Source: Myxococcaceae bacterium | GTDB lineage: Bacteria; Myxococcota_A; Polyangia; Polyangiales; Ga0077539 | DNA length: 64,000 bases | Reading direction: 5' to 3' | NCBI GenBank assembly: GCA_004297725.1 | Contig: SCUS01000102.1 | Coordinates: 147,901-211,900, forward strand | In this document: positions 16,764-27,887 of the stretch, piece by piece | Layout of the letters: the number at the start of each line of letters is the position of its first letter | Position numbering within the stretch: position 1 is the stretch's first letter | Translations under genes and position numbers: made by a program | Notes under the pieces: generated by a model | Databases searched by the model: none | Told to the model about the DNA's origin: nothing | The model's input: only the letters and a program-made list of their open reading frames with translations

Positions 16764-17816
16764 GTGTCGACTCGACGGCTCCTCGTGTGGCCCCGACCCG
16801 ACGCCGCGAACCCCTACCTCTCGCGGCTGGTGGCCTCCCTGCGCGCTCGCGGGGTCGAGGTCGCCACGGCGCCCCGCCTCGCCGCACTCTGCGCCTTCCC
16901 CCGAGGCGCCCGCTGGCTGCACCTCCACTGGCCCGAGTGGATGATCCACCACCCCGACCGCAGGCTCTACCGCGCCCGCACGGCGTGGCTCCTCGGGCTC
17001 CTCGACCTGGCCCGCGCCCGCGGCCTCTCCCTCGCCTGGACCGCCCACAACCGCATCGGCCACGACGACCCGCACCCCGACCTCGGCCTCGCCGCGCGCC
17101 GCGCCCTGCTGCGTCGCTGCTCCGTCGTCTTCGGCCACTTCCCCGCCGCCCTCGACGCGCTCTCCGCGATGGGCTTCTCGGGCCGCTTCGTCCATCAGCC
17201 GCACCCCCACTTCGACGACGACTACCCCGACCCCTTCGCCGCCGACCCGTCCGCCCGCTCGGCCTTCCGCCGCTCCCTCGGCCTCTCCGACGACGCCCTA
17301 CTGCTGGTCTCCCCGGGCTCGATGGAGCCCTACAAGCAGCTCCCCCTGCTCGCCCGCGCGCTGCGCTCGCTCGACGGCCACCGCTTCGTCTGGATCCCCG
17401 TGGGCCGTGCCCATCCCGACGAGCTCACCGCGCTCCGCGCCGCCATCGGCGACGACCCGCGCCTCCAGCCCCGCCCCGGCTTCGCCTCCCGGGAGTCTCT
17501 CTCCTCCCTGGTCTCCGCCGCCGACGCCACGCTGCTCGCCCACCACGACCTCTTCACCTCCGGGAGCGCCGTGCTCTCCTTCACCCTCGGCACCCCGGTG
17601 ATCGGCCCCCCGGTGCAGCACCTGGCCTCCTTCGCGCCCCGACCCTTCTTCCTCCCGTGGACCCCGCCAGACCCCGCGGCTCTCGGTGATCAGCTCGCTC
17701 GCCTTCACGGCCTCGCCCCCTCGGTGCGCGCCGAGGCCCGCGCCGCCGCGCTCTCCCACACCTGGTCCGACGCCGCCGCCACCGTCGACGATGCCCTCTT
17801 CGGAGCCGCCGCGTGA
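16764..17816 (+). CDS. Putative GT-B-like glycosyltransferase
   Basis: 350-aa ORF with GTG start, first gene of a 4-gene overlapping operon. Weak resemblance to GT-B glycosyltransferases (WLHLHWPEW N-terminal half; C-terminal half with a FTSGSAVLSFTLGTPVI-type segment). The family call is tentative. Confidence 0.5.
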   Translation: MSTRRLLVWPRPDAANPYLSRLVASLRARGVEVATAPRLAALCAFPRGARWLHLHWPEWMIHHPDRRLYRARTAWLLGLLDLARARGLSLAWTAHNRIGHDDPHPDLGLAARRALLRRCSVVFGHFPAALDALSAMGFSGRFVHQPHPHFDDDYPDPFAADPSARSAFRRSLGLSDDALLLVSPGSMEPYKQLPLLARALRSLDGHRFVWIPVGRAHPDELTALRAAIGDDPRLQPRPGFASRESLSSLVSAADATLLAHHDLFTSGSAVLSFTLGTPVIGPPVQHLASFAPRPFFLPWTPPDPAALGDQLARLHGLAPSVRAEARAAALSHTWSDAAATVDDALFGAAA

Positions 17817-18964
17817 TCGGCGTCGTCTCCCTCGACGGCGCCCCCGCCAAGGACCTCGCGGGCCTCCCCCTCCCGCTGCGCACGCTGCTGCTGCTTCAGT
17901 CCGAAGGGGTCGAGTGGCTCGGCCTCGTGGGCGACTCCGCCGCCGAGACCGCCGCCCGCTGGAGCGCCGACGACCGGCTGCGCATCCCCCTCCGGGCGCT
18001 CACCGGCGCCCCCCCGGAGGAGCACCTCGCGGTGCGAGGCGACACGCTGCTCGACCGCTCCACCGTGAGGGCGCTCGCGGCCTCCCCCGCGGTGCTCTTC
18101 GACCAGACCGAGGTGCTCGCGGTGCACCGCCGCCCCGGTCACGAGGGCGGACTGCTCGACGACGGCGGCGAAGGATCGCTCCGTGACCTCTCCGGCTGGC
18201 GTCGGGTGCGCGACGCCCGCGAGGCCTCCGCGGCGCTCGAGGGATTGCTCCAGTCGCTGCGAAAGCCCCAGGACGGGATGGTCTCCCGCGCCATCAACCG
18301 CACGCTCTCCCTCGCCGTCACGCGCGCCCTCTGCGGCACCGGGCTGCGTCCCAACACGGTCTCCATCGGCATCCTCGCCATCGGCGCTGCGGGCGCCCTG
18401 CTCGCCACGCAGGGGACGCCCGGTGCGCTGGCGATGGGGGGACTTCTCTTCCAGGCGCAGTCGGTGCTCGACGGCTGCGACGGAGAGCTCGCCCGCCTCA
18501 CCTTCCGCGGCTCCAAGGCCGGGGAGTGGATCGACACGGTCGGCGACGACCTCACCAACTACGCCTTCTTCGCGGGCCTCTCGGTGGGCCTCACCCGCGC
18601 GGGCCACGGCCCCTGGTCGATGCTCTTCGGCGCGGTGGGAGTGCTCGCTGGCTTCGTGGCCTCGGGCATCGAGTACCGCTACCTCCTCGCCCTCGGAACG
18701 GGCGACCTCGCGAAGTACCCGCTGGGCTTCGGCGACGACCCCACCGGCGCCGTCGAGGAGCGTGGGATGCAGCGGCTGCTTGCGCTCGCCCGGCCGCTCT
18801 TCAAGCGGGATTTCTTCGTGTTCGCGACGATGCTGGCGACCGCCCTCGGGCAGATCGCCTCGCTGGTGATGCTCGGGGCCTTCGCCGTCGGTGCGCTGGT
18901 CACCCTCTCCGCGGTGCTCCGCTCGGAGTGGTCGCGGCGCGGCGCGCTGCCGGAGAGACGGTAA
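17813..18964 (+). CDS. CDP-alcohol phosphatidyltransferase-family membrane protein with an N-terminal soluble domain
   Basis: The start overlaps the upstream stop (GTGA). Exact family signature D-G-x2-A-R-x8-G-x3-D-x3-D in DGELARLTFRGSKAGEWIDTVGDD. Several TM helices. The ~170-aa N-terminal domain may be nucleotidyltransferase-like (uncertain). Confidence 0.8.
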   Translation: MIGVVSLDGAPAKDLAGLPLPLRTLLLLQSEGVEWLGLVGDSAAETAARWSADDRLRIPLRALTGAPPEEHLAVRGDTLLDRSTVRALAASPAVLFDQTEVLAVHRRPGHEGGLLDDGGEGSLRDLSGWRRVRDAREASAALEGLLQSLRKPQDGMVSRAINRTLSLAVTRALCGTGLRPNTVSIGILAIGAAGALLATQGTPGALAMGGLLFQAQSVLDGCDGELARLTFRGSKAGEWIDTVGDDLTNYAFFAGLSVGLTRAGHGPWSMLFGAVGVLAGFVASGIEYRYLLALGTGDLAKYPLGFGDDPTGAVEERGMQRLLALARPLFKRDFFVFATMLATALGQIASLVMLGAFAVGALVTLSAVLRSEWSRRGALPERR

Positions 18965-18970
18965 GGGGCG

Positions 18971-20251
18971 ATGCCGGGTCGGGTGCTGATGGCCTCGTGG
19001 CTCTTTCCGCCGCACAGCTCCATCGGAGCCAAGCGGGCGTGGCGCTTCGCCAGGCACCTGCCCGCCCTGGGATGGCTGCCGACGGTGCTGTCCCGACGCG
19101 TTCCTCCGCCAGGATCGTTCGACGCCTCGGACTGGACGCTGCCCCCCGAGGTGACGCTCAGCCCCACCTACGACGCCGCGTGGATGAGCCTGCTGGCCGA
19201 CCGGGGAGCGCGCGCCGTCGTCCGTCCTTCGTCCCAACAGGCCTCCGCGGACGCCCTCCAGCGCCCTCTCTCCGCTCGCCTCCAGGAGCGGTGGGACCGC
19301 TTCCTCGACGCGGTGGTGCCGATGGAGACGGCCATCATCCACGCGCCCCACGCGTCGCGCGAACTCGACCGGCTGCTGCCCTCGCACGACCTGCTCTGGA
19401 CGACCAGCTACCCCTATCACACGCACGCCATCGGCCTCTCCGCGGCGCGCCGTCACCGACGACCCTGGGTGGCCGACCTCCGCGACCCGTGGACCCCCAA
19501 CTGGGTGCATCGTAGGAAGTTCGCTCCGGTGCGATCGATCGAGGCCCGCTATGAGCGCGCGGTCTTCGAGGCCGCCGACGCGATCGTGGTCACCACCGAG
19601 ACCCTCGCCTCGATGGAGCGGGAGCGCTTCCCCCAGTGGGCCGGGAAGATCCACTGCGTGCACAACGCCTTCGACGGGGAGCCCTCGCCGCCGAGGCCTG
19701 CGTCCCCGGGAGGCGGGCCGCTGCGCTGGGTGCACTTCGGCAACGTGTACGGGCCCTGGTCGCTGGAGACGGTGTTTCGCGCGATGGCCAGGCGTCCGGG
19801 GAGGGTGGTGCTCGACAACCACGGCAAGCTCTCCGACCGCGACCGCGACCTCGCGGCCTCGCTGGGCCTTCGCGACGCGGTGAGGGTGATGCCGACGCTG
19901 CCCTTCGAGGAGGGCATGGCGCGCCTGCGCGCCGCCGACGCCCTGGTGCTCGCCGCCTGGAACCACCCGGACGCGGGCCTCTACCTCCAGGGCAAGCTCT
20001 ACGACTACCTGAGCGCGGGCAGGCCCATCGTGGCCGAGTCGGCGCAGCGCGAGGTCGGGGACATCGTGCGTCGCACCGGAGCGGGCCATGTGATCGCCCC
20101 CGGGGACGTCGCCGCGATGACCGCGGTGATCGATGGCACGTCGGGCGAACCCGCTCGAGACGAGTCGGCGGTGAGGTACTTCTCCGCGGCCGAGGCGAGC
20201 GCCCGGCTCGCGGCGATCTTCGACAGTGTGACGGGGAGGAAAGCGGGCTGA
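18971..20251 (+). CDS. Glycosyltransferase, GT4-like (GT-B fold)
   Basis: 426 aa. MASWLFPPHSSIGAKRAWRFARHL, DLRDPW and a C-terminal Rossmann-like half (LVLAAW...GKLYDYLSAGRPIV) are typical of GT4-type enzymes. Confidence 0.7.
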   Translation: MPGRVLMASWLFPPHSSIGAKRAWRFARHLPALGWLPTVLSRRVPPPGSFDASDWTLPPEVTLSPTYDAAWMSLLADRGARAVVRPSSQQASADALQRPLSARLQERWDRFLDAVVPMETAIIHAPHASRELDRLLPSHDLLWTTSYPYHTHAIGLSAARRHRRPWVADLRDPWTPNWVHRRKFAPVRSIEARYERAVFEAADAIVVTTETLASMERERFPQWAGKIHCVHNAFDGEPSPPRPASPGGGPLRWVHFGNVYGPWSLETVFRAMARRPGRVVLDNHGKLSDRDRDLAASLGLRDAVRVMPTLPFEEGMARLRAADALVLAAWNHPDAGLYLQGKLYDYLSAGRPIVAESAQREVGDIVRRTGAGHVIAPGDVAAMTAVIDGTSGEPARDESAVRYFSAAEASARLAAIFDSVTGRKAG

Positions 20252-21198
20252 TGGACCTGTTCGTGACGGTGGTGCTGCGCTCGTACAACCGCCTCGGTGA
20301 GCTTCGCTCGCTGGTGCAGAACGTCCTCGGCCAGGACCATCCGCACTTCGAGGTGCTGATCGTCGACTCGACGCCCGACGTGACCGAGGAGGACATCCGT
20401 CGCGCCATCGGGGTGACCGACGAGCGGCTGAGGGTGGTGCAGACCCCCGCGCGAGGCTGCGCGGCGGCGGCCAACGTGGGGATGCGCCACGCGCTCGGCG
20501 ACGTGGTGGCCTCGGTCGACGACGACGACGTCCCGGTGGGGAGCGGCTGGTTGTCGGCGCTGACGGCCCCATTGGCCGATCCGCTGTGCCTCGGGGTCAA
20601 CGGTCGGATGGACTACGTGGGGGAGGGGGAGGCGCGCGTCCCGCGGGTGCGCTCAGGGTGGCTGCGCGACCGCTGGATGCTCTCCTACGGTCCCTTCAAG
20701 AAGCCCAGGGTCTTCCCTGGATCACCCAACCCGAAGCGCGGCATCGCGTGGCTTACGGGTGGCAACGCGGCGCTGCGTCGCGAGGCGTGGGCCCGCGGCG
20801 GGGGCTGGGACGAGTTCATCGGCTACCACAACGAGCACTCGCTCTTCCTCCGGCTCGCCCATCGGATGAAGCCCGGGGAGTACCTCGCCTACGCCCCGGA
20901 GGCGCGGATGCTCATCCGTCGCGACGTGGCCGGGGGCCTGGAGCACCGCACGGTGATCGACCCCCAGGAGCGCGTCGACACCGTGGCGAAGTACTACCTC
21001 TGGCTGGTGGCCAGGGAGTACCCGCTGCGGGTGTGGGGGATGCTCCCGGTGTTCTTCCCCTACTACCTGATGGACGCGGGCATCCACGCGGCGGAGCAGG
21101 CGGAGCACTCCCGCGCCGACCTGGTGCGTCAGTTCGTGAAGGGCGTGAAGCTCGCGCCGGGCGCCTTCCTTCGGCACGCGCTCCGCTCTCCGGAGTGA
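20251..21198 (+). CDS. Glycosyltransferase family 2
   Basis: ATG 20251 overlaps the upstream stop (ATGA). VTVVLRSYNR, LIVDSTPD and the DxD region VASVDDDDVP are GT2 (GT-A fold) hallmarks. Confidence 0.8.
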   Translation: MDLFVTVVLRSYNRLGELRSLVQNVLGQDHPHFEVLIVDSTPDVTEEDIRRAIGVTDERLRVVQTPARGCAAAANVGMRHALGDVVASVDDDDVPVGSGWLSALTAPLADPLCLGVNGRMDYVGEGEARVPRVRSGWLRDRWMLSYGPFKKPRVFPGSPNPKRGIAWLTGGNAALRREAWARGGGWDEFIGYHNEHSLFLRLAHRMKPGEYLAYAPEARMLIRRDVAGGLEHRTVIDPQERVDTVAKYYLWLVAREYPLRVWGMLPVFFPYYLMDAGIHAAEQAEHSRADLVRQFVKGVKLAPGAFLRHALRSPE

Positions 21199-21205
21199 GA
21201 GCGCG

Positions 21206-23119
21206 TCAGCGCGCGGGCGAGCCGTTGCGCTGGACGTTGGCGCGCCCGGTGGGCCACGGCAGGCAGTTGGCCGCCGAGCCCGGGACGTTGAACACCATCA
21301 CCTCGGTGCCATCGGAGGCTGCGTCCTTCAGGCTGACGATGATCTCGAGGGTGCCGTCCCGGTCGAGGTCGGCGACGGTGGGGACGGCCATGGCGCCTCG
21401 ACCCGGGAGCGCGACGCGGTGGAGCAGCGCTCCGGAGGCGTCGAGCACATGGAGGGCGCTGGCGTTGCCGGCCGTGGAGTAGCTCGCGAAGACGACCTCC
21501 GGCCGGCCGTCGCCGGAGAGGTCGGCGATGGCGACGCCGCCCGTGAGCGTGCCGGCGGCGGTCGTGTACGCGTAGGACCATCGCTCGGTGCGCTCGCTGC
21601 CGACGCAGTGGATGCGGCCGTCGAAGCCCGCGAAGACCATCTCCAGCCCGGGCCAGGTGGCGTTGAGGTCGGCGACGCTGACCTGGTTGGTCGCCGCGAC
21701 GATGTTGCCTCCGAGGTCGACCAGTCCGGAGAGGTAGGGCCGGACATGGAAGGGAGCGACCCACGCCGGGGGTCGGCTGCCGTCCGGGCGCAGCACCCAG
21801 AGGGCGACGCCTCGCTGGCGATCGGACTGCGAGGCGTTCTGCACCGAGGCCAGCACCACGAGCTCGCGGGCTCCGTCGCCGTCGATGTCGGCGATGGCGG
21901 GGGCGCTGTTGGTGAAGTGCGCCTGGTTGGAGGTCGACTCGGTGCTGGAGTAGCCCTGCTGGGCCTCGGCGTAGTCGTGGAGGAAGCGGATGCCCGGGAC
22001 GCGGGTGGTGGTGCGGAAGATCGCCGCCGAGCGGAAGGCCTCGCCCGACCCCAGGTGCCAGGACATATAGGCGTTGTCCATCGGGGCGAGCACGTCCATG
22101 AGGGCGTCGCCGTCGATGGGGCCGATGGCGAGGTTCTGGTCGAAGCCTCCCGTCACGTCGCAGTTGGAGTCGCAGCCGGAGGTGCGAGAGGTGTTGGGGG
22201 GAAAGCCGCGGAGCGCCGCGCCGGTGCCCCGCCAGGCCATCAGCAGGTCGCGCGCGGGCGATCCCGCGAGGGGGACCGAGGAGGCGGTGACGATCTCCGC
22301 GCGGCCGTCGCCGTCGAGGTCGCCCGCGGCGAGCGAACGGAGCTCGTCGCGCCAGGTGACCGGGAAGGGAGCGACGACGGCTCCGGCGGCGGAGAGCAGG
22401 GTCACCCGACTGCCTGCGGCGGCGGCCACCTCGAGGTTGGCGTCACCCTGGAAGTCGGCCACCACCGGAGCGGCCCACACCCGGTTGGTGCCGTTGACCG
22501 TGGCGCTCCAGCGGATGGCTCCTGCGGCGGAGAAGGCGATCACGCGGGCGCCCCGGGCGACGATGAGCTCGTTGGCGTTGTCGCGATCGAGGTCGACCAC
22601 CGCGGGCGAGCCGAGCCATCCCCCGTCGCCCATCGCCCGGATGGAGCGCTGCAGTACCGGGGCGCGCACCGTCGTCGATCCCCCACCCGCGATGCGCTCG
22701 CAGGGCGCCGGGAGCACCACGCCGCTGTCCGGAACGCCCACGTCGGGGATGCCGACATCGCGCCTCCCGGCATCGACCATGGCCACATCGGGTGCGCCGA
22801 CGTCGCGCATCCCGACATCGGGCATGGCGACATCGGGCATGGCGACATCGACCATGAGCACGTCGGTGCTTCCGACATCGGGCATGGCCACATCGGGCGT
22901 GACGAGGTCGGCGGTGGCCACATCGGGAGTGACGAGGTCGATGGAGGGCGCGTCGATCGGCCCGCTGTCGGGCAGGCCGGTCTCGGAGGCGAGGTCGGTG
23001 GAGACGACGAGGTCGGCCACGGAGCCGTCGGGGAGCGCCGGCTCGACGCCGCCCAGGGTGCCGGTGCAGCCGACCAGCGCGCAGGCGAGGAGGGCGAAGG
23101 AGCCTGGAAGCCGGGACAT
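21206..23119 (-). CDS. FG-GAP/VCBS-repeat lipoprotein
   Basis: Internal ATG 23119 gives MSRLPGSFALLACALVGC (lipobox). Multiple FG-GAP-type Ca-binding loops: DLDRDNANELIV, DFQGDANLEV, DLDGDGRAEIV, DIDGDGARELVV, DLSGDGRPEVVF, DLDRDGTLEIIV. Confidence 0.8.
   Translation of the reverse strand: MSRLPGSFALLACALVGCTGTLGGVEPALPDGSVADLVVSTDLASETGLPDSGPIDAPSIDLVTPDVATADLVTPDVAMPDVGSTDVLMVDVAMPDVAMPDVGMRDVGAPDVAMVDAGRRDVGIPDVGVPDSGVVLPAPCERIAGGGSTTVRAPVLQRSIRAMGDGGWLGSPAVVDLDRDNANELIVARGARVIAFSAAGAIRWSATVNGTNRVWAAPVVADFQGDANLEVAAAAGSRVTLLSAAGAVVAPFPVTWRDELRSLAAGDLDGDGRAEIVTASSVPLAGSPARDLLMAWRGTGAALRGFPPNTSRTSGCDSNCDVTGGFDQNLAIGPIDGDALMDVLAPMDNAYMSWHLGSGEAFRSAAIFRTTTRVPGIRFLHDYAEAQQGYSSTESTSNQAHFTNSAPAIADIDGDGARELVVLASVQNASQSDRQRGVALWVLRPDGSRPPAWVAPFHVRPYLSGLVDLGGNIVAATNQVSVADLNATWPGLEMVFAGFDGRIHCVGSERTERWSYAYTTAAGTLTGGVAIADLSGDGRPEVVFASYSTAGNASALHVLDASGALLHRVALPGRGAMAVPTVADLDRDGTLEIIVSLKDAASDGTEVMVFNVPGSAANCLPWPTGRANVQRNGSPAR
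22727..22939 (-). repeat. In-frame 15-bp (5-aa) D-V-x-x-P tandem repeat linker
   Basis: The translation reads DLVTPDVATADLVTPDVAMPDVGSTDVLMVDVAMPDVAMPDVGMRDVGAPDVAMVDAGRRDVGIPDVGVPD. The DNA shows reiterated gacatcgggcatggc-type units. Confidence 0.75.
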
Positions 23120-23267
23120 CACGCAGGAGTGTACGCCGAACGGGCGCCGAGGCAGTGAGCCGGGCTCGACCGTGAATACCGGGCCTTCCCCGGACGTGCT
23201 CCGTCGTGGTTCATCGACGGCGGTCCGACGATCCGACGGGCCCTGCGTCAGGAAGGTTCCCCTCCCC

Positions 23268-23975
23268 ATGACCGAAGCCCTTGTCGTCTGCGTCGGCTGC
23301 TACCGCCACGTCCGCTCCTCGGAGCGCGCCTGCCCCTTCTGCGCCGCGACCCTCGGCGCTCCGCCCGCTGCGCCTCGGCCGGGCGCGCTGCACTCCGCCG
23401 TCATCGCCGCGGCGCTGGCGCTCGCCCTGAGCGACCGCGCCCATGCGCAGCAGCATCCCAGCCCCCTCGGCAACCCCCGCATCGGCATGGAGCACGCACC
23501 CGCGCAAGGCTACGGCGCTCCGCCGATGATGAGGGACCCGACGCTCCTGGGGCCGGGGCAACCCCAGCCGGTAGTTCCTTCGCCCGTGGAGCAGTCGCCC
23601 GTGGAGCGCCTGCGCGTGGTGCCGCTCTTCGAGCTCTCCAGCCAGCCCCTATCCCGCCCCGGAAGGACGCCTCCTCCCGGCACCGCCTGGTCGAGCGAGC
23701 TGGTCATCCAGGCCGATGGAAGCTGGTTCGCGTCGGGGCGCTCGGGGCGTCTCACGCCCCCACAGTTGACGCTCCTTCGGACGACCATCGCCCAGACCCG
23801 GATGCGCCTCGCGCGGCGACGGGCCGTGACCTGCGTCACCAGCCCCGACTCGATGCAGCGGGTGAGGGCCGGGCGCAGCGACCTCCGCTGGGCACCCGGT
23901 TGCGAGCCGAACCCCGACCCGAGCGTGGCGCGGCTCATCGCGATCGCCCGCCGGCTCACGGCGACGCGCCGCTGA
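23268..23975 (+). CDS. Hypothetical membrane-anchored protein with an N-terminal CxxC...CxxC zinc-ribbon-like motif
   Basis: ATG 23268 with GGAAGG upstream. MTEALVVCVGCYRHVRSSERACPFCAATL is followed by a hydrophobic helix (AVIAAALALALS). Divergent from the FG-GAP lipoprotein gene. Confidence 0.55.
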   Translation: MTEALVVCVGCYRHVRSSERACPFCAATLGAPPAAPRPGALHSAVIAAALALALSDRAHAQQHPSPLGNPRIGMEHAPAQGYGAPPMMRDPTLLGPGQPQPVVPSPVEQSPVERLRVVPLFELSSQPLSRPGRTPPPGTAWSSELVIQADGSWFASGRSGRLTPPQLTLLRTTIAQTRMRLARRRAVTCVTSPDSMQRVRAGRSDLRWAPGCEPNPDPSVARLIAIARRLTATRR

Positions 23976-23992
23976 GCCCCGGAGCTCGGAGC

Positions 23993-25642
23993 TCAGACGG
24001 AGATCGAGCCCTTGCGAAACTCGCTGGAGGCGATCTTCACGTTCACCACGGCGGGCTTGTGGAGCACGTCCGTGGCGTGGAAGGCGCGCTCCAGCGCCGG
24101 GCCGAGCTCCGCGGTGGTCTCCACCCACTCGCCGTGGCACCCGAGGGCGCGGGCCACCTCCTCGTAGCGGGTGTACGCGAGCCCCGTCGCCACGGCCCGC
24201 TCCTCCCCGAAGAACTCCACCTGGCCGCGGCGGATCTGCGTCCACCCGGCGTCGTTGCCGATGAGGCACATCACCGCGATGCCCTGCCGCGCCATCGCCT
24301 CGAGCTCCATCGTGTGCAGCCCGAACGCGCCGTCGCCGTACACCACGATCACCCGAGCGTTCGGCCGCGCCAGCTTCGCCGCCATCGCGTAGCCCGGCCC
24401 CACGCCGAGCGTCCCGAGCGGGCCCGGGTCCATCCAGAGACCCGGCCGGCGCACCTTGAGCACGTAGGCCGCGGTGGCCACGAAGTCGCCGCCGTCGCCG
24501 ATCACGATGGTGTCGTCGTCGACGTACTTGTCCAGCTCGGCGCACACCCGCAGCGGGTTCGGCGGATCGCTGTCGACCACCATCTCCTTCGCCATCTTGG
24601 CGCGGCTCGCGTCCTCGCTCAGCCGCACCGTGGCGGTCCACTCCGCGTGGTGGTTGGCGGAGTGAGGGAGCGCCTCGACGAGGGCGCGCAGCACCAGGCC
24701 GGTGTCGGCCACGAGGCCCACGTCGACGCCGCGGTTGTGCCCGAGGGTGGTCGCGTCCCGGTCGACCTTGATGACCTTCGTCTCGGGCAGCCACGTCGGC
24801 GCCCGGCCGTAGTCCACGCGGAAGTCGAAGGGCGTGCCGCACATGAGCACCACGTCGGCGGCGCCGAGGGCCGCGCGGCGGGCGCGGGTGAAGAGGCAGG
24901 GGTGGTCGGGGGGCAGCGACCCGCGGGCCATGCCGTTGACGAAGGTCGGCATCGGAAACCAGTCGAGCAGGTCGAGCAGGGCCTTCTGGTCGCGGCTCCA
25001 GTGGAGCTGGCCGCCGATGATGGCCACCGGGCGCTCGGCCTTGGAGAGGATCTCCACCGCGCGAGCGAACTCCGTGGGATCGGGCGCGGGCTGCGCGGCG
25101 GTGCGCGAGGTCTTCGGGTCGGCGAAGTCCTCCACGTCGGCGAAGCCCATCAGCACGTCGATGGGCATCTCCAGGTAGACAGGGCCCGGCACGCCGGAGA
25201 GCGCCACCCGGAAGGCCGTGGAGATGTACTCCGCCACCCGATCGGTCTGCAGCACCCGAAACGAGGCCTTGGTGATGCTCTTGATGAGGTCCAGGTGGTT
25301 CATGTCCTGGAGCGATCCGCGGTCGGTGAGCTGCGACGGGCCCGCGCCGCCGATGCACACCATCGGCACGCCCGCGCGCTGCGCGTTGGCCAGGGCGGTC
25401 ACCACGTCGGTCACCCCGGGGCCCGCGGTGACGGCCACCACGCCGGGCTGGCCGGTGACCCGCGCCCACCCGTCGGCGGCGTGGCCTGCGGTCTGCTCGT
25501 GACGCACGTCGACCACCCGGATGCCCACGTCCAGGCAGCCGTCATAGATGTTCTGGATGTGCCCTCCGCAGAGGGTGAAGAGGTGCGTCACCCCCTCCCG
25601 GGAAAGGGCCTCTGCCACCAGCCGTCCGCCGTGCGCCATCAT
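23993..25642 (-). CDS. Thiamine-diphosphate-dependent enzyme (acetolactate synthase / 2-hydroxyacyl-CoA lyase / oxalyl-CoA decarboxylase family)
   Basis: 549 aa. N-terminal TPP-pyrimidine domain (RHEQTAGHAADGWARVTG, VTAGPGVTD) and C-terminal TPP-binding motif (GDGAFGLHTMELEA...NDAGW). Confidence 0.8.
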   Translation of the reverse strand: MMAHGGRLVAEALSREGVTHLFTLCGGHIQNIYDGCLDVGIRVVDVRHEQTAGHAADGWARVTGQPGVVAVTAGPGVTDVVTALANAQRAGVPMVCIGGAGPSQLTDRGSLQDMNHLDLIKSITKASFRVLQTDRVAEYISTAFRVALSGVPGPVYLEMPIDVLMGFADVEDFADPKTSRTAAQPAPDPTEFARAVEILSKAERPVAIIGGQLHWSRDQKALLDLLDWFPMPTFVNGMARGSLPPDHPCLFTRARRAALGAADVVLMCGTPFDFRVDYGRAPTWLPETKVIKVDRDATTLGHNRGVDVGLVADTGLVLRALVEALPHSANHHAEWTATVRLSEDASRAKMAKEMVVDSDPPNPLRVCAELDKYVDDDTIVIGDGGDFVATAAYVLKVRRPGLWMDPGPLGTLGVGPGYAMAAKLARPNARVIVVYGDGAFGLHTMELEAMARQGIAVMCLIGNDAGWTQIRRGQVEFFGEERAVATGLAYTRYEEVARALGCHGEWVETTAELGPALERAFHATDVLHKPAVVNVKIASSEFRKGSISV

Positions 25643-25822
25643 CGTGGGGTGATCCTCTGGTCTTTAGGGGGGTGTAGAGACGTTCGCCTGCGCCGCCGCT
25701 GCGGCCGCGCGGACGGTACATCGTCTCGACGCCGGGCCGACACCCCCTCCGAGGCCCTGAGAGCGCAGCGAGCGCGTGACGGGCGTGAAGCGCTTGACGC
25801 GCTGCGGTGCGGAGACTAACGA

Positions 25823-25838
25823 CTGAATCGCGATTCAG
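25823..25838. promoter_or_regulatory. Perfect 16-bp palindrome CTGAATCGCGATTCAG (candidate operator)
   Basis: Lies in the divergent intergenic region, 74 nt upstream of the acyl-CoA dehydrogenase start, and is AT-richer than its surroundings. A TTGACG -35-like hexamer lies ~30 nt upstream. Confidence 0.45.
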
Positions 25839-25911
25839 CGGCCTCGCGACGCTCATCGATGGCGGCGCGCGACAAAGGCCCTCTCCATCCATCCAAGTCG
25901 GAGGTACCCCA

Positions 25912-27753
<1,842 letters not shown>

Positions 27754-27764
27754 TCCTCCGAGCG

Positions 27765-27788
27765 CCCCCTCCGCGACCGCGGAGGGGG
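27765..27788. terminator. GC-rich hairpin between convergent genes (putative terminator)
   Basis: ccccctccgcg-ac-cgcggaggggg gives a 10-11 bp perfect stem. It starts 12 nt after the acyl-CoA dehydrogenase stop. There is no clear U-tract. Confidence 0.45.
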
Positions 27789-27887
27789 ACCCGAATCCAA
27801 CGATAGTTCTGGTGAGCCGAAGCCCGGGTGGCCGGAGGAGGAAGCGCTCCCCCGAAGGCCGTTGGGCCTCGAGGGAGCCGCCGCGGG

